Shown here: piece after piece, positions 56,875-64,000 of the stretch
How the letters are laid out: each line of letters opens with the position of its first letter
How positions within the stretch are numbered: position 1 is the first letter of the stretch
Assembly (NCBI GenBank): GCA_026993075.1
Contig: JALWUQ010000088.1
Location: 3,700-67,699 of the forward strand
Direction: 5' to 3'
Length of the DNA: 64,000 nucleotides
Source: Campylobacteraceae bacterium
GTDB lineage: Bacteria; Campylobacterota; Campylobacteria; Campylobacterales; JALSKU01
The notes under the pieces: generated by a model
Database searches by the model: none
The model's input: only the letters and a program-made list of their open reading frames with translations
What the model was told of the DNA's origin: nothing
Translations under genes and position numbers: made by a program

Positions 56875-57951
56875 ATGAAGAGTATTATTGTTCCGATATT
56901 TATAGTATTAATTATCCTGATAACAATAATCTTTATGCCTGTTTTTTTGCCAAAAAGAGGTCTAAAAAAATTTACAGATAATCAATTAAGGCAAACAGCA
57001 CTCTCAAGAAATATGTTACCTGTGCCAAAAACTTATAATAAATTATTAAAATTGGTAAATACGAAAGATAATCCAATGACAAAAGACAAGATATTACTTG
57101 GAAAAAAACTTTTTAATGATACGATATTATCAAAAGATAACACTATCAGCTGTGCATCTTGTCACATATTAAAAAATGGAGGTGCTGACAACCTTCCAAC
57201 TGCAATAGGATACAAAGGAAGAGCTAACCCTTTTCATTTAAATACACCAACAGTTTTAAATGCTGCATTGGCAAAAGAATTAAATTGGGATGGAAGTGCA
57301 AAAACTGTAGAAATTCAAGCAGATGGTCCATTGCAGGCACATTTTGAAATGAATTCAATACCTAAAACAATAGTACAAAAACTAAAAAGCAATCCATACT
57401 ACTCAAAAGAATTTAAAAAGATTTTTACAGGAGGGGTTAGTTTTGAAAATGTAAAAAAGGCAATAGGGGCTTACGAAAGAACTCTTCTAACTAGAGGGTC
57501 TTATGATAGATTTTTAGAAGGAGACAATAATGCAATAAGTAAAAAAGCAAAAAAAGGATTTGCCCTTTTTATAAATTTGGGTTGCAAAGGTTGTCATACA
57601 GGGATGAGTGTAGGTGGTCAGAGTTTACAAAGATTTCCTTTAAGACAGTGTGCCACCATATATGAGACTGATTGTATGTCAGGCAATAGAGTATTTCCAT
57701 TTAAAAATATTGGTGGTTTTTTGGGTAAAGACAATATGCAACTTTTTCGTGTTCCAATACTAAGAAATATTGCAAGAACCGCACCTTACTTCCATAATGG
57801 TATAGTAAAAAAATTAAGTAAAGCAGTAAAAATAATGGCTATTCATCAAATAGGCGTAAATCTTTCCAAAATTCAAATTAGTGAGATAGTGGCATTTTTA
57901 AAAACATTAAATGGTAAAATAGTTGATTATAATATAACTTCAAAGGAATAA
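56875..57951 (+). CDS. ccp: Diheme cytochrome c peroxidase (CCP/MauG family)
   Basis: Two heme motifs (CASCH, CKGCH), FRVP.LRN and APYFHNG motifs. ATG 56875 follows AAAGGAG. Confidence 0.88.
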   Translation: MKSIIVPIFIVLIILITIIFMPVFLPKRGLKKFTDNQLRQTALSRNMLPVPKTYNKLLKLVNTKDNPMTKDKILLGKKLFNDTILSKDNTISCASCHILKNGGADNLPTAIGYKGRANPFHLNTPTVLNAALAKELNWDGSAKTVEIQADGPLQAHFEMNSIPKTIVQKLKSNPYYSKEFKKIFTGGVSFENVKKAIGAYERTLLTRGSYDRFLEGDNNAISKKAKKGFALFINLGCKGCHTGMSVGGQSLQRFPLRQCATIYETDCMSGNRVFPFKNIGGFLGKDNMQLFRVPILRNIARTAPYFHNGIVKKLSKAVKIMAIHQIGVNLSKIQISEIVAFLKTLNGKIVDYNITSKE

Positions 57952-57952
57952 A

Positions 57953-58948
57953 ATGAGAAATCAAGTGCTATATGAATTGCAAAAAAATTTTCCACTTGTT
58001 CAAAGACCATTTGAACAAATCGCAAAAAAACTAAATATGGATGAAGATGAAGTGATAAAAATTGTACAAGAAGAGAAAGAAAATAAGACCATAAGACAAA
58101 CATCTGCTATTTTTGATACAAGAAGATTGGGATACAGTTCATCATTGGTGGCTTTTAAAGTTGATAACAGTGAGATTGAAGATACAGTTAAAATATTAAA
58201 TTCTCACCCTGGAATATCACATAATTATGAAAGAAATCATGACTTTAATATCTGGTTTACCCTTGCTGTCTCCCCCGAAAGCTCTTTTGGTTTGGAAGGA
58301 ACTATAAAATTGCTGGCAAGGTTATGTAATGCAGTAGAATATATAACACTACCTACATTAAAACTTTTTAAAATTTCAGTCAAACTTGATACGACAGGTA
58401 AAGCTGCAAAAAAAGAAAAAATTGAAAAGAAAAAATTTATAGAATTAGAGTTAAATGAACTTCATAAAAAAGTTATTAAATATTCACAAGAAGATATAAA
58501 GATAGAAAAAGAGCCTTTTAAGGATATGATTGATAAAATTGGTATAAATTATGAAACTTTTTTTAAAACTTTAGATGAACTTAAAAAATGTGGTGCAATG
58601 AGAAGATTTGCTACAATCTTAAATCATAGGAAAGCAGGTTTTAGTGCAAATGCCATGGTTGTTTGGGATATAGATGAAGAAAAAGCTGAAAAAATGGGTG
58701 AAAAAATGGCAACTTTCAGTGCCGTTAGCCACTGTTATTTAAGACCAAAATATAAAAATTGGCCTTACAATATATTTTCTATGGTACATGGTAAAACAAA
58801 AAAAGAGACAAATTTAATAGTAAAAGATATAGAAAATGAAGTAAAATACAATTCTAATCAATATCTTTATTCTTCAAGAGAATTTAAAAAAGTAAGAGTA
58901 AAATACTATACCGATGATACAATAAAATGGGAAGATAAGTATAAATAA
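57953..58948 (+). CDS. Siroheme decarboxylase, fused two-module NirD/L/G/H (AhbA/B-like, Lrp/AsnC fold)
   Basis: Two tandem modules each start with a winged-helix segment (L..LQ..FPLV.RPF..IA, and HKKVIKYSQEDIKIEKEPF) followed by an HPG.SH.YER-type segment. 331 aa, in the nir context. Confidence 0.8.
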   Translation: MRNQVLYELQKNFPLVQRPFEQIAKKLNMDEDEVIKIVQEEKENKTIRQTSAIFDTRRLGYSSSLVAFKVDNSEIEDTVKILNSHPGISHNYERNHDFNIWFTLAVSPESSFGLEGTIKLLARLCNAVEYITLPTLKLFKISVKLDTTGKAAKKEKIEKKKFIELELNELHKKVIKYSQEDIKIEKEPFKDMIDKIGINYETFFKTLDELKKCGAMRRFATILNHRKAGFSANAMVVWDIDEEKAEKMGEKMATFSAVSHCYLRPKYKNWPYNIFSMVHGKTKKETNLIVKDIENEVKYNSNQYLYSSREFKKVRVKYYTDDTIKWEDKYK

Positions 58949-59068
58949 CTAACCTTACGCACTTTTTTCTCGAAAAGTCCTACTTTTCGTAGCTTTAGGG
59001 GGTTGTAGGGACTTTGAGTTTCTGCCACTATAACGAGCTTTGTTTATTATAGTGAGTAAGGTCAGTTG
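58946..59068. repeat. MITE-like intergenic repeat, copy B (with a 42-nt internal insertion)
   Basis: 58946-59014 aligns to 6088-6157. The right terminus TAAGGTCAGTTG (59057-59068) matches the right ends of copies A and C. The insert 59015-59056 carries its own CACTATAA/TTATAGTG hairpin and TGAG at both ends. The left TAA is the nirDL stop codon. Confidence 0.75.
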
Positions 59069-59097
59069 TAATTTTAAAATTTAAAGGAGATTTTTAT

Positions 59098-59469
59098 ATG
59101 AAGGAATTTTTTGAGTTAGAGATAGGGTATATAGTAATTGCACTATTTTTTCTTGCGGTAACTGCTATCGTTACAACAAGAAGTTTTATGCCAAAAGGAG
59201 CATTTAAAAAAGGTATGATTGCAGTTGGAATCATTGTTGTGGCATTCATTTTATTTCATTATTATTCTACAGTAAGTAGGATGGAAATGATTGCAAAAGA
59301 GTTTAATAGTGGCAAAACGATACTTTGTGAAAATAGAGAAATGTTAAATGGCCCTAATGCAATCATTATTTTAAAAAAAGCTGGTTGGAGCTTAAAAAAC
59401 GGTATATTTACAAATCCTGAGTTTCATAGAGATTTTTATAGTGCAAGGTGTGCAGTAGATTTAAAATGA
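59098..59469 (+). CDS. Two-TM membrane protein with a Cys-containing soluble tail
   Basis: 123 aa, AAGGAG SD, two hydrophobic helices, then a ~60-aa domain with two Cys. Its TGA overlaps the ATG of the downstream Crp/Fnr gene. Confidence 0.55.
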   Translation: MKEFFELEIGYIVIALFFLAVTAIVTTRSFMPKGAFKKGMIAVGIIVVAFILFHYYSTVSRMEMIAKEFNSGKTILCENREMLNGPNAIIILKKAGWSLKNGIFTNPEFHRDFYSARCAVDLK

Positions 59470-60131
59470 TTGATCTAAAAATAAAAAAGAATTTAAAAAA
59501 AATTGAAATTTTTAATTGTTTAAATGAAGATGAATTTGATTTATTGGCATCTATTTCCAAATTAAAAATATATAGTTCACAAAATACTATTTTTTATGAG
59601 AAAGAAAAGCTTGACTTTATATATTTTTTGATAAATGGTGAGGTTAAGTTATATAAAATTGATAGATTTAACAGTGAGGTATTTTTAAATAAATTAGAAA
59701 AAAATTCTTTTATATATACTGTATCAAATATGTGCGGAGACAGTGAATATGGAGCCTTTTATAGTGTGGAGGCATTAAGTGATTGTGAAGTATTACTGAT
59801 AGATGTAAAAAAATTTAAGTCTCTTTTTTTAACAAAATATGAAATTCTAATGAGAATTTTAGAAGAATCATATAAATCTATATTGCAATTACAATATATT
59901 TTAAATAGAGACATAGTATTTGATGCAATGGCAAAAGTTGCATATATGCTCTCAAACAACTTGGATTCATTCAATAAAATGAAAAAGCATGAAATTGCAT
60001 ATTATCTGCATATTCAGCCGGAAACACTCTCTAGAATCTTAAAAAAATTAAGCAGAAATGAGTTTATCAAATCAGAAAACGGTAAAATTATTATCTGTAA
60101 TATTGATAAATTAAAAAAAATATACGAATAG
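59466..60131 (+). CDS. Crp/Fnr family transcriptional regulator (paralogue 3)
   Basis: cNMP-binding-like barrel (IYFLINGEVKLYK) and HTH QPETLSRILKKLSR. No N-terminal Cys cluster. ATG 59466 is preferred over the ORF-track start. Confidence 0.8.
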   Translation: MIDLKIKKNLKKIEIFNCLNEDEFDLLASISKLKIYSSQNTIFYEKEKLDFIYFLINGEVKLYKIDRFNSEVFLNKLEKNSFIYTVSNMCGDSEYGAFYSVEALSDCEVLLIDVKKFKSLFLTKYEILMRILEESYKSILQLQYILNRDIVFDAMAKVAYMLSNNLDSFNKMKKHEIAYYLHIQPETLSRILKKLSRNEFIKSENGKIIICNIDKLKKIYE

Positions 60132-60143
60132 GACTTATGTAAA

Positions 60144-61487
60144 ATGTTGAATAAGATAAGCAGTAAAATAAATTTTATAGGCGGGGCATTATCGTTTGTT
60201 GTAATTATGAATGTGATACTGACAATATACTTAACTAGAAAACAAGAAGGCGATTCTTATATCGTAAATATAGCCGGACGCCAGAGAATGTTATCTCAAA
60301 AGATAACAAAAGAGATATTTTACACAAAAAGTACCGGGAGCTTTGATTTTGAAACCTTAAACAGTGATATGAAAATTTTTCAAAAGAATTTATATATATT
60401 GATTGACGGAAATAAAAAATTAAATGTTTATAAGCCCCCAAATAAAGAAATTCAAGATAAACTAAAACAGGTTTTAAATATATGGGTACCTTTTCAAGGT
60501 AAAATCAAAAAACTTGAACAATATACAAATGATATCAAAAAAAGTAAAGAAATCATGATGAATAAATTTAATGAAATTTTAAAGATTTCAGATAAGGTAG
60601 TAAAAGCTATGGTAGATTATAATTTACCGGGTAGTTATATTGATCTTTCCGGCAGACAAAGAATGCTATCTCAAAGAATGGGGCTTTATTTTATAAGATA
60701 TCTTGATACTTCAAATCAAAATGATTTTTATATATACAATAAATCAATGAAACTTTATAATAATACAATAATTAAATTTGTAAATAATAATAAAATAAAA
60801 AGCAATAAAAATTTATATAAAATAGTTTCTTTAAATTATAAATATTGGAAAAATTTTCAAATTTATATAAGAAACTTAATGGAAAAAGAAAATAAAATAC
60901 AAAATACAATCAAATATATTCATGAAAACAATATAAAGCTTTTAAAAAATATGAATGACGCGGTTTGGCTATACACAAGTTATAGTGAATCGAAAAATAA
61001 TTTTATTAAGAATTTCTTGTATATTTCCGGCGTGTTGGCATTATTAATTATTTTATATACTTATATGATTGCAAAAAATTTAGAAAAACATGTCTTAAAC
61101 TTTGTAAGTAGAGCAAAAGAATTATCAAATAAAGACCCAATCTCTGAAAATGGTGAGTTGACTATAGATTTTTGTGGTGAAGATGAATTAAAAGAAGTAT
61201 CAACACATATTAATAAATTTGCCAATAAAGTAAAAAATGCTTATAATTATTCCAATGAAGCTTTAAAAAGAGCTGAATTAGCAGCAAAAGAATTACAAAT
61301 AATCGCTGATGATATTGAAATGGCAATAGATGATTCTGGTGTAAAAGATAAGAAAAATTTTGGTAAAAATATAGATGCAACTGAAGATATAGCCATAGAA
61401 TCTGCCGAAAGTTTACTTCATGTTTCTAATATGATTAAAAGGTTAAAAGAGAATCTTTCTGATATTTTAGACTCATATTCAAAATAA
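60144..61487 (+). CDS. Membrane sensor with two NarX-like N-terminal (PilJ-type) periplasmic modules and a HAMP-like segment, but no recognisable output domain
   Basis: TM1 at aa ~11-31. GRQRMLSQ occurs at aa 45-52 and 170-177. TM2 at aa ~291-312. A HAMP-like ...GEDELKEVSTHINKFANKV... is followed by a ~70-aa acidic helical tail. I see no H-box, ATPase or MCP hairpin motif. Confidence 0.65.
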   Translation: MLNKISSKINFIGGALSFVVIMNVILTIYLTRKQEGDSYIVNIAGRQRMLSQKITKEIFYTKSTGSFDFETLNSDMKIFQKNLYILIDGNKKLNVYKPPNKEIQDKLKQVLNIWVPFQGKIKKLEQYTNDIKKSKEIMMNKFNEILKISDKVVKAMVDYNLPGSYIDLSGRQRMLSQRMGLYFIRYLDTSNQNDFYIYNKSMKLYNNTIIKFVNNNKIKSNKNLYKIVSLNYKYWKNFQIYIRNLMEKENKIQNTIKYIHENNIKLLKNMNDAVWLYTSYSESKNNFIKNFLYISGVLALLIILYTYMIAKNLEKHVLNFVSRAKELSNKDPISENGELTIDFCGEDELKEVSTHINKFANKVKNAYNYSNEALKRAELAAKELQIIADDIEMAIDDSGVKDKKNFGKNIDATEDIAIESAESLLHVSNMIKRLKENLSDILDSYSK

Positions 61488-61510
61488 TCATAAATTTATA
61501 ATTTAATTTC

Positions 61511-61524
61511 TTGACTTAAGTCAT
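61511..61524. promoter_or_regulatory. FNR-like palindrome in the napA promoter
   Basis: TTGACTTAAGTCAT has a perfect 12-bp palindromic core TGACTTAAGTCA. Its half-site TTGAC differs from the TTGAT of the other two boxes. -10-like hexamers at 61540 (TATAAT) and 61548 (TAAAAT). Confidence 0.5.
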
Positions 61525-61582
61525 AGATTTTTGAATTCTTATAATGATAAAATTGCTTCATATCATTTTATAAGGAGAGAAT

Positions 61583-64000
61583 ATGGCACTTTCAAGAAGA
61601 GATTTTCTTAAAAGTTCGGCCGCAGCAAGTGCTGCCGCAGCTATTGGGATGAGTATTCCAAGCGATGTAGAAGCTGCAGCAACTCAGGCTCAAAGTGGCT
61701 GGAGATGGGATAAAGCAGCTTGTCGTTTTTGTGGAACAGGTTGTGGTATTATGTTGGCTACAAAAGGGGAAGGGTTAAATAGAAAAATTGTTGCTGTAAA
61801 AGGTGATCCTGCTGCTCCAGTTAATAGGGGACTAAATTGCATCAAGGGTTACTTTAATGCCAAAATTATGTATGGTGCTGACAGATTAACCACACCACTA
61901 CTTAGAGTAAATGAAAAAGGCGAATTTGACAAATATGGTGAATTTAAGCCTATTAGTTGGAAAAGAGCTTTCGATGAAATGGAAAAACATATCAGATATG
62001 CTCTTAAAAAGAATGGTCCAGAAGCCGTAGCAGTTTTTGCAAGTGGTCAATACACAATCACAGAGGGTTATGCAGCTCAAAAAGTTATGAAAGCCGGTTT
62101 TAGAAGCAATGCTTTTGATCCAAATGCAAGGCACTGCATGGCATCAGCTGTTGTCGGATTTTATCAAACATTTGGTATTGATGAGCCAAGTGGTTGCTAT
62201 GATGATATTGAACTTACAGATACCATTATCGCATGGGGTTCAAATATGGCTGAAATGCACCCGATACTGTGGTCAAGATGTACAGATAGAAAATTAAGTG
62301 ATCCAAATCATGTAAAAGTCGTAAGCATTCAAACTTATACAAACAGAACTTGTGATTTAGCTGATGATACTATCATCTTTAGACCCCAAACGGATATGTT
62401 GATGTGGAACTATATAGCAAGAGAAATAGTTTACAATCATCCTGAATCCATTGACTGGGATTTTGTAAAAAAACATATTATTTTTGCTGCTGGTCCTGTC
62501 AATTTAGGATATGGCATGAGAAGAAAAGGTGAGCCATCTCTGACTCCTGTTAGAGCAAACGGCAGTGCCGGAAGATACGATGCAAAAGAGATGCAAACTA
62601 TCAACAAAGAAATGAGTAAAACAGTCGGACAAAGAGAAGGTCCAGCACTTGAGCCTTACGGATACAAAGCTGGTGATACCATGAAAAATACTCCTGGAAC
62701 TTTAAAGCACTGGGAGATAAGTTTTGAAGAGTATAAAAAGTCACTTGCACCTTATACACTTGATTATGTTGCAACTGTTTCAAAAGGTGATCCTGATGAA
62801 GATATAAACAGTTTTAAAGCAAAACTTCAAAGATTAGCAAATCATTACATTGAAAAAGGGAGAAAAGTAGTAAGCTTTTGGACAATGGGCATGAATCAAC
62901 ATACTCGTGGAAGCTGGGTAAATACACTCTCATATAATGTTCACTTTTTATTAAACAAACAAGCAAAACCCGGCAATGGTGCTTATTCATTAACAGGCCA
63001 GCCAAGTGCTTGTGGAACTGCTAGAGAAGTTGGAACATTTACCCATAGACTTCCTGCGGATTTGATGGTAAAAGTTAAAAAACATAGAGTTATTGCTGAA
63101 AAAAGATGGCATATACCGGAAAATACTTTAAATCCAGTTGGAAATCAACATATTATGAAAATTCACAGAGACATAGAAGACAGATTTGTTAAATTTGCAT
63201 GGGTTAATGTTTGCAATGCATATCAAGACAGTGCAAGTGCGAAACATTGGATAAAAGCGGCAAGAGAAGTAAAAGATTTATTTTTGGTTACAAGTGATGG
63301 ATATCCTGGAATTTCTGCTATGGTTTCAGATATGGTATTGCCAAGTGCAATGATATATGAAAAATGGGGAGCTTATGGAAATGCCGAGAGACGAAGCCAA
63401 TGGTGGAGACAGCAGGTTCTTCCTGTGGGAAATGCCATGAGCGATACCTGGCAATGGGTTGAGCTTTCAAAAAGATTTACAGTAGATGATTTATGGGGTC
63501 CATATACTCTAAGAAACGGTAAAAAACTACCTGATGTCAGAGGAGCTGCCAGAGCTATGGGATATAGAGGCGATACGACAATGTATGAAATCCTTTTTGC
63601 AAACGAAAGAGGAAAATCTTATAAAGCCGACAGAGTTAATGATCCAATCCAGCGAGGATATGATGATAGTGAAGTATTTGGAGATGAAAGAAATGTAGTC
63701 GGAAGTGACGGCAAAGTATTTAAAGGATACGGTTTCTTTATTCATAAATACCTTTGGGAAGAGTATGCTGACTTTGGAAGAGGTCATGGTCACGACTTGG
63801 CACCTTTTGATGTATATCAAAGAGTAAGAGGATTAAGATGGCCGGTAGTAAACGGTAAAGAGACTCTTTGGAGATTTAATGCCGATTATGACCCTTATGT
63901 TAAGCATTTTGCAGGACCAAATGTACAATTTGCATTTTATGGACCTATTGCAAAAGCACTTCCTCATGGTGATTTAAGAGGCGTGAGAGTTAAAAAGAAA
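61583..64000 (+). CDS. napA: Periplasmic nitrate reductase catalytic subunit (3' end runs off the window)
   Basis: Absent from the ORF track because it has no in-window stop. Hand translation gives [24 protein letters not shown]... (twin-arginine signal) and then CRFCGTGCG (4Fe-4S motif). The frame stays open for 806 codons to the window end. AAGGAGAG SD. Confidence 0.93.
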   Translation, partial: MALSRRDFLKSSAAASAAAAIGMSIPSDVEAAATQAQSGWRWDKAACRFCGTGCGIMLATKGEGLNRKIVAVKGDPAAPVNRGLNCIKGYFNAKIMYGADRLTTPLLRVNEKGEFDKYGEFKPISWKRAFDEMEKHIRYALKKNGPEAVAVFASGQYTITEGYAAQKVMKAGFRSNAFDPNARHCMASAVVGFYQTFGIDEPSGCYDDIELTDTIIAWGSNMAEMHPILWSRCTDRKLSDPNHVKVVSIQTYTNRTCDLADDTIIFRPQTDMLMWNYIAREIVYNHPESIDWDFVKKHIIFAAGPVNLGYGMRRKGEPSLTPVRANGSAGRYDAKEMQTINKEMSKTVGQREGPALEPYGYKAGDTMKNTPGTLKHWEISFEEYKKSLAPYTLDYVATVSKGDPDEDINSFKAKLQRLANHYIEKGRKVVSFWTMGMNQHTRGSWVNTLSYNVHFLLNKQAKPGNGAYSLTGQPSACGTAREVGTFTHRLPADLMVKVKKHRVIAEKRWHIPENTLNPVGNQHIMKIHRDIEDRFVKFAWVNVCNAYQDSASAKHWIKAAREVKDLFLVTSDGYPGISAMVSDMVLPSAMIYEKWGAYGNAERRSQWWRQQVLPVGNAMSDTWQWVELSKRFTVDDLWGPYTLRNGKKLPDVRGAARAMGYRGDTTMYEILFANERGKSYKADRVNDPIQRGYDDSEVFGDERNVVGSDGKVFKGYGFFIHKYLWEEYADFGRGHGHDLAPFDVYQRVRGLRWPVVNGKETLWRFNADYDPYVKHFAGPNVQFAFYGPIAKALPHGDLRGVRVKKK

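Noticed and set aside
6088-59068. Possible compensatory (covarying) base changes between repeat copies A and B that would indicate a conserved RNA helix (AACTCC/GGAGTT versus AAGTCC/GGACTT)
   Set aside because: On careful alignment the apparently complementary segments are not at homologous positions in the two copies, so this is not true covariation. I report only the terminal inverted repeats and the copy-specific hairpins.
61898-63820. Several short plus- and minus-strand ORFs listed in the track over 61.9-63.8 kb
   Set aside because: All lie inside the open napA reading frame (61583 to the window end). The track omitted napA only because it has no in-window stop.
1-64000. Search for CRISPR arrays, rRNA/tRNA genes, transposases, integrases, prophage, toxin-antitoxin or known defence-system genes
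   Set aside because: Reading all intergenic regions and every ORF-track product turned up none. The only dispersed repeats are the three MITE-like copies reported above.

Overview
The window is a visibly AT-rich chromosomal segment. Gene content and order point to a Campylobacterota (epsilonproteobacterial) genome. Supporting features are a PEB4-like PPIase, a CetB-like PAS protein, a short RecN, a type-E SdhABE/Frd complex, and the run metG / small Cys protein / fbp / mobB / lipoprotein / slt / yggT, which I recall from Campylobacter (recollection only, not verified). Positions 1-45 kb are tightly packed housekeeping genes. They cover glycolysis/gluconeogenesis (fba, fbp), riboflavin, thiamine, histidine and methionine metabolism (ribBA, thiL, hisB, metE, metG), aspS, adk and recN. 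They also include a cell-envelope block (mltD-like, rlpA, kdsC, lptC, lptA, mrdA, slt), a TRAP transporter, two Ca2+/cation antiporters, a tungsten/molybdenum-type aldehyde:ferredoxin oxidoreductase with a MoaD-like partner, and a superoxide reductase. Positions 45-64 kb form a denitrification island. In order it holds two tandem Crp/Fnr regulators, a nor-nirS operon (3-TM protein, norC, norB, an untracked small ORF, nirS) and a heme d1 / cytochrome block (pentaheme cytochrome, monoheme cytochrome c, nirF/N-like propeller, nirJ, nirE). Next come divergent sirC plus an unknown gene, then ccp, a fused nirDL-type siroheme decarboxylase, a membrane protein, a third Crp/Fnr regulator, a NarX-like double-PilJ sensor with no output domain, and the 5' 806 codons of napA, which runs off the window. 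I found no rRNA, tRNA, CRISPR array, transposase or integrase. Five observations stand out. (1) The output-less nitrate-sensor-like protein forms a module with a Crp/Fnr regulator and a membrane protein directly upstream of napA. (2) FNR-type palindromes sit in the nor, sirC/ccp and nap promoters, including one box placed symmetrically between two divergent -10 elements. (3) A MITE-like repeat family with terminal inverted repeats has three copies, two of which bracket the nor/nir/heme-d1 cluster. (4) Two small ORFs below the ORF-track cutoff are well supported: a CcoQ-like one after norB and one between sdhA and sdhB. (5) The metE leader looks like a riboswitch or attenuator. All functional calls come from reading motifs in the supplied translations; no database search was run.
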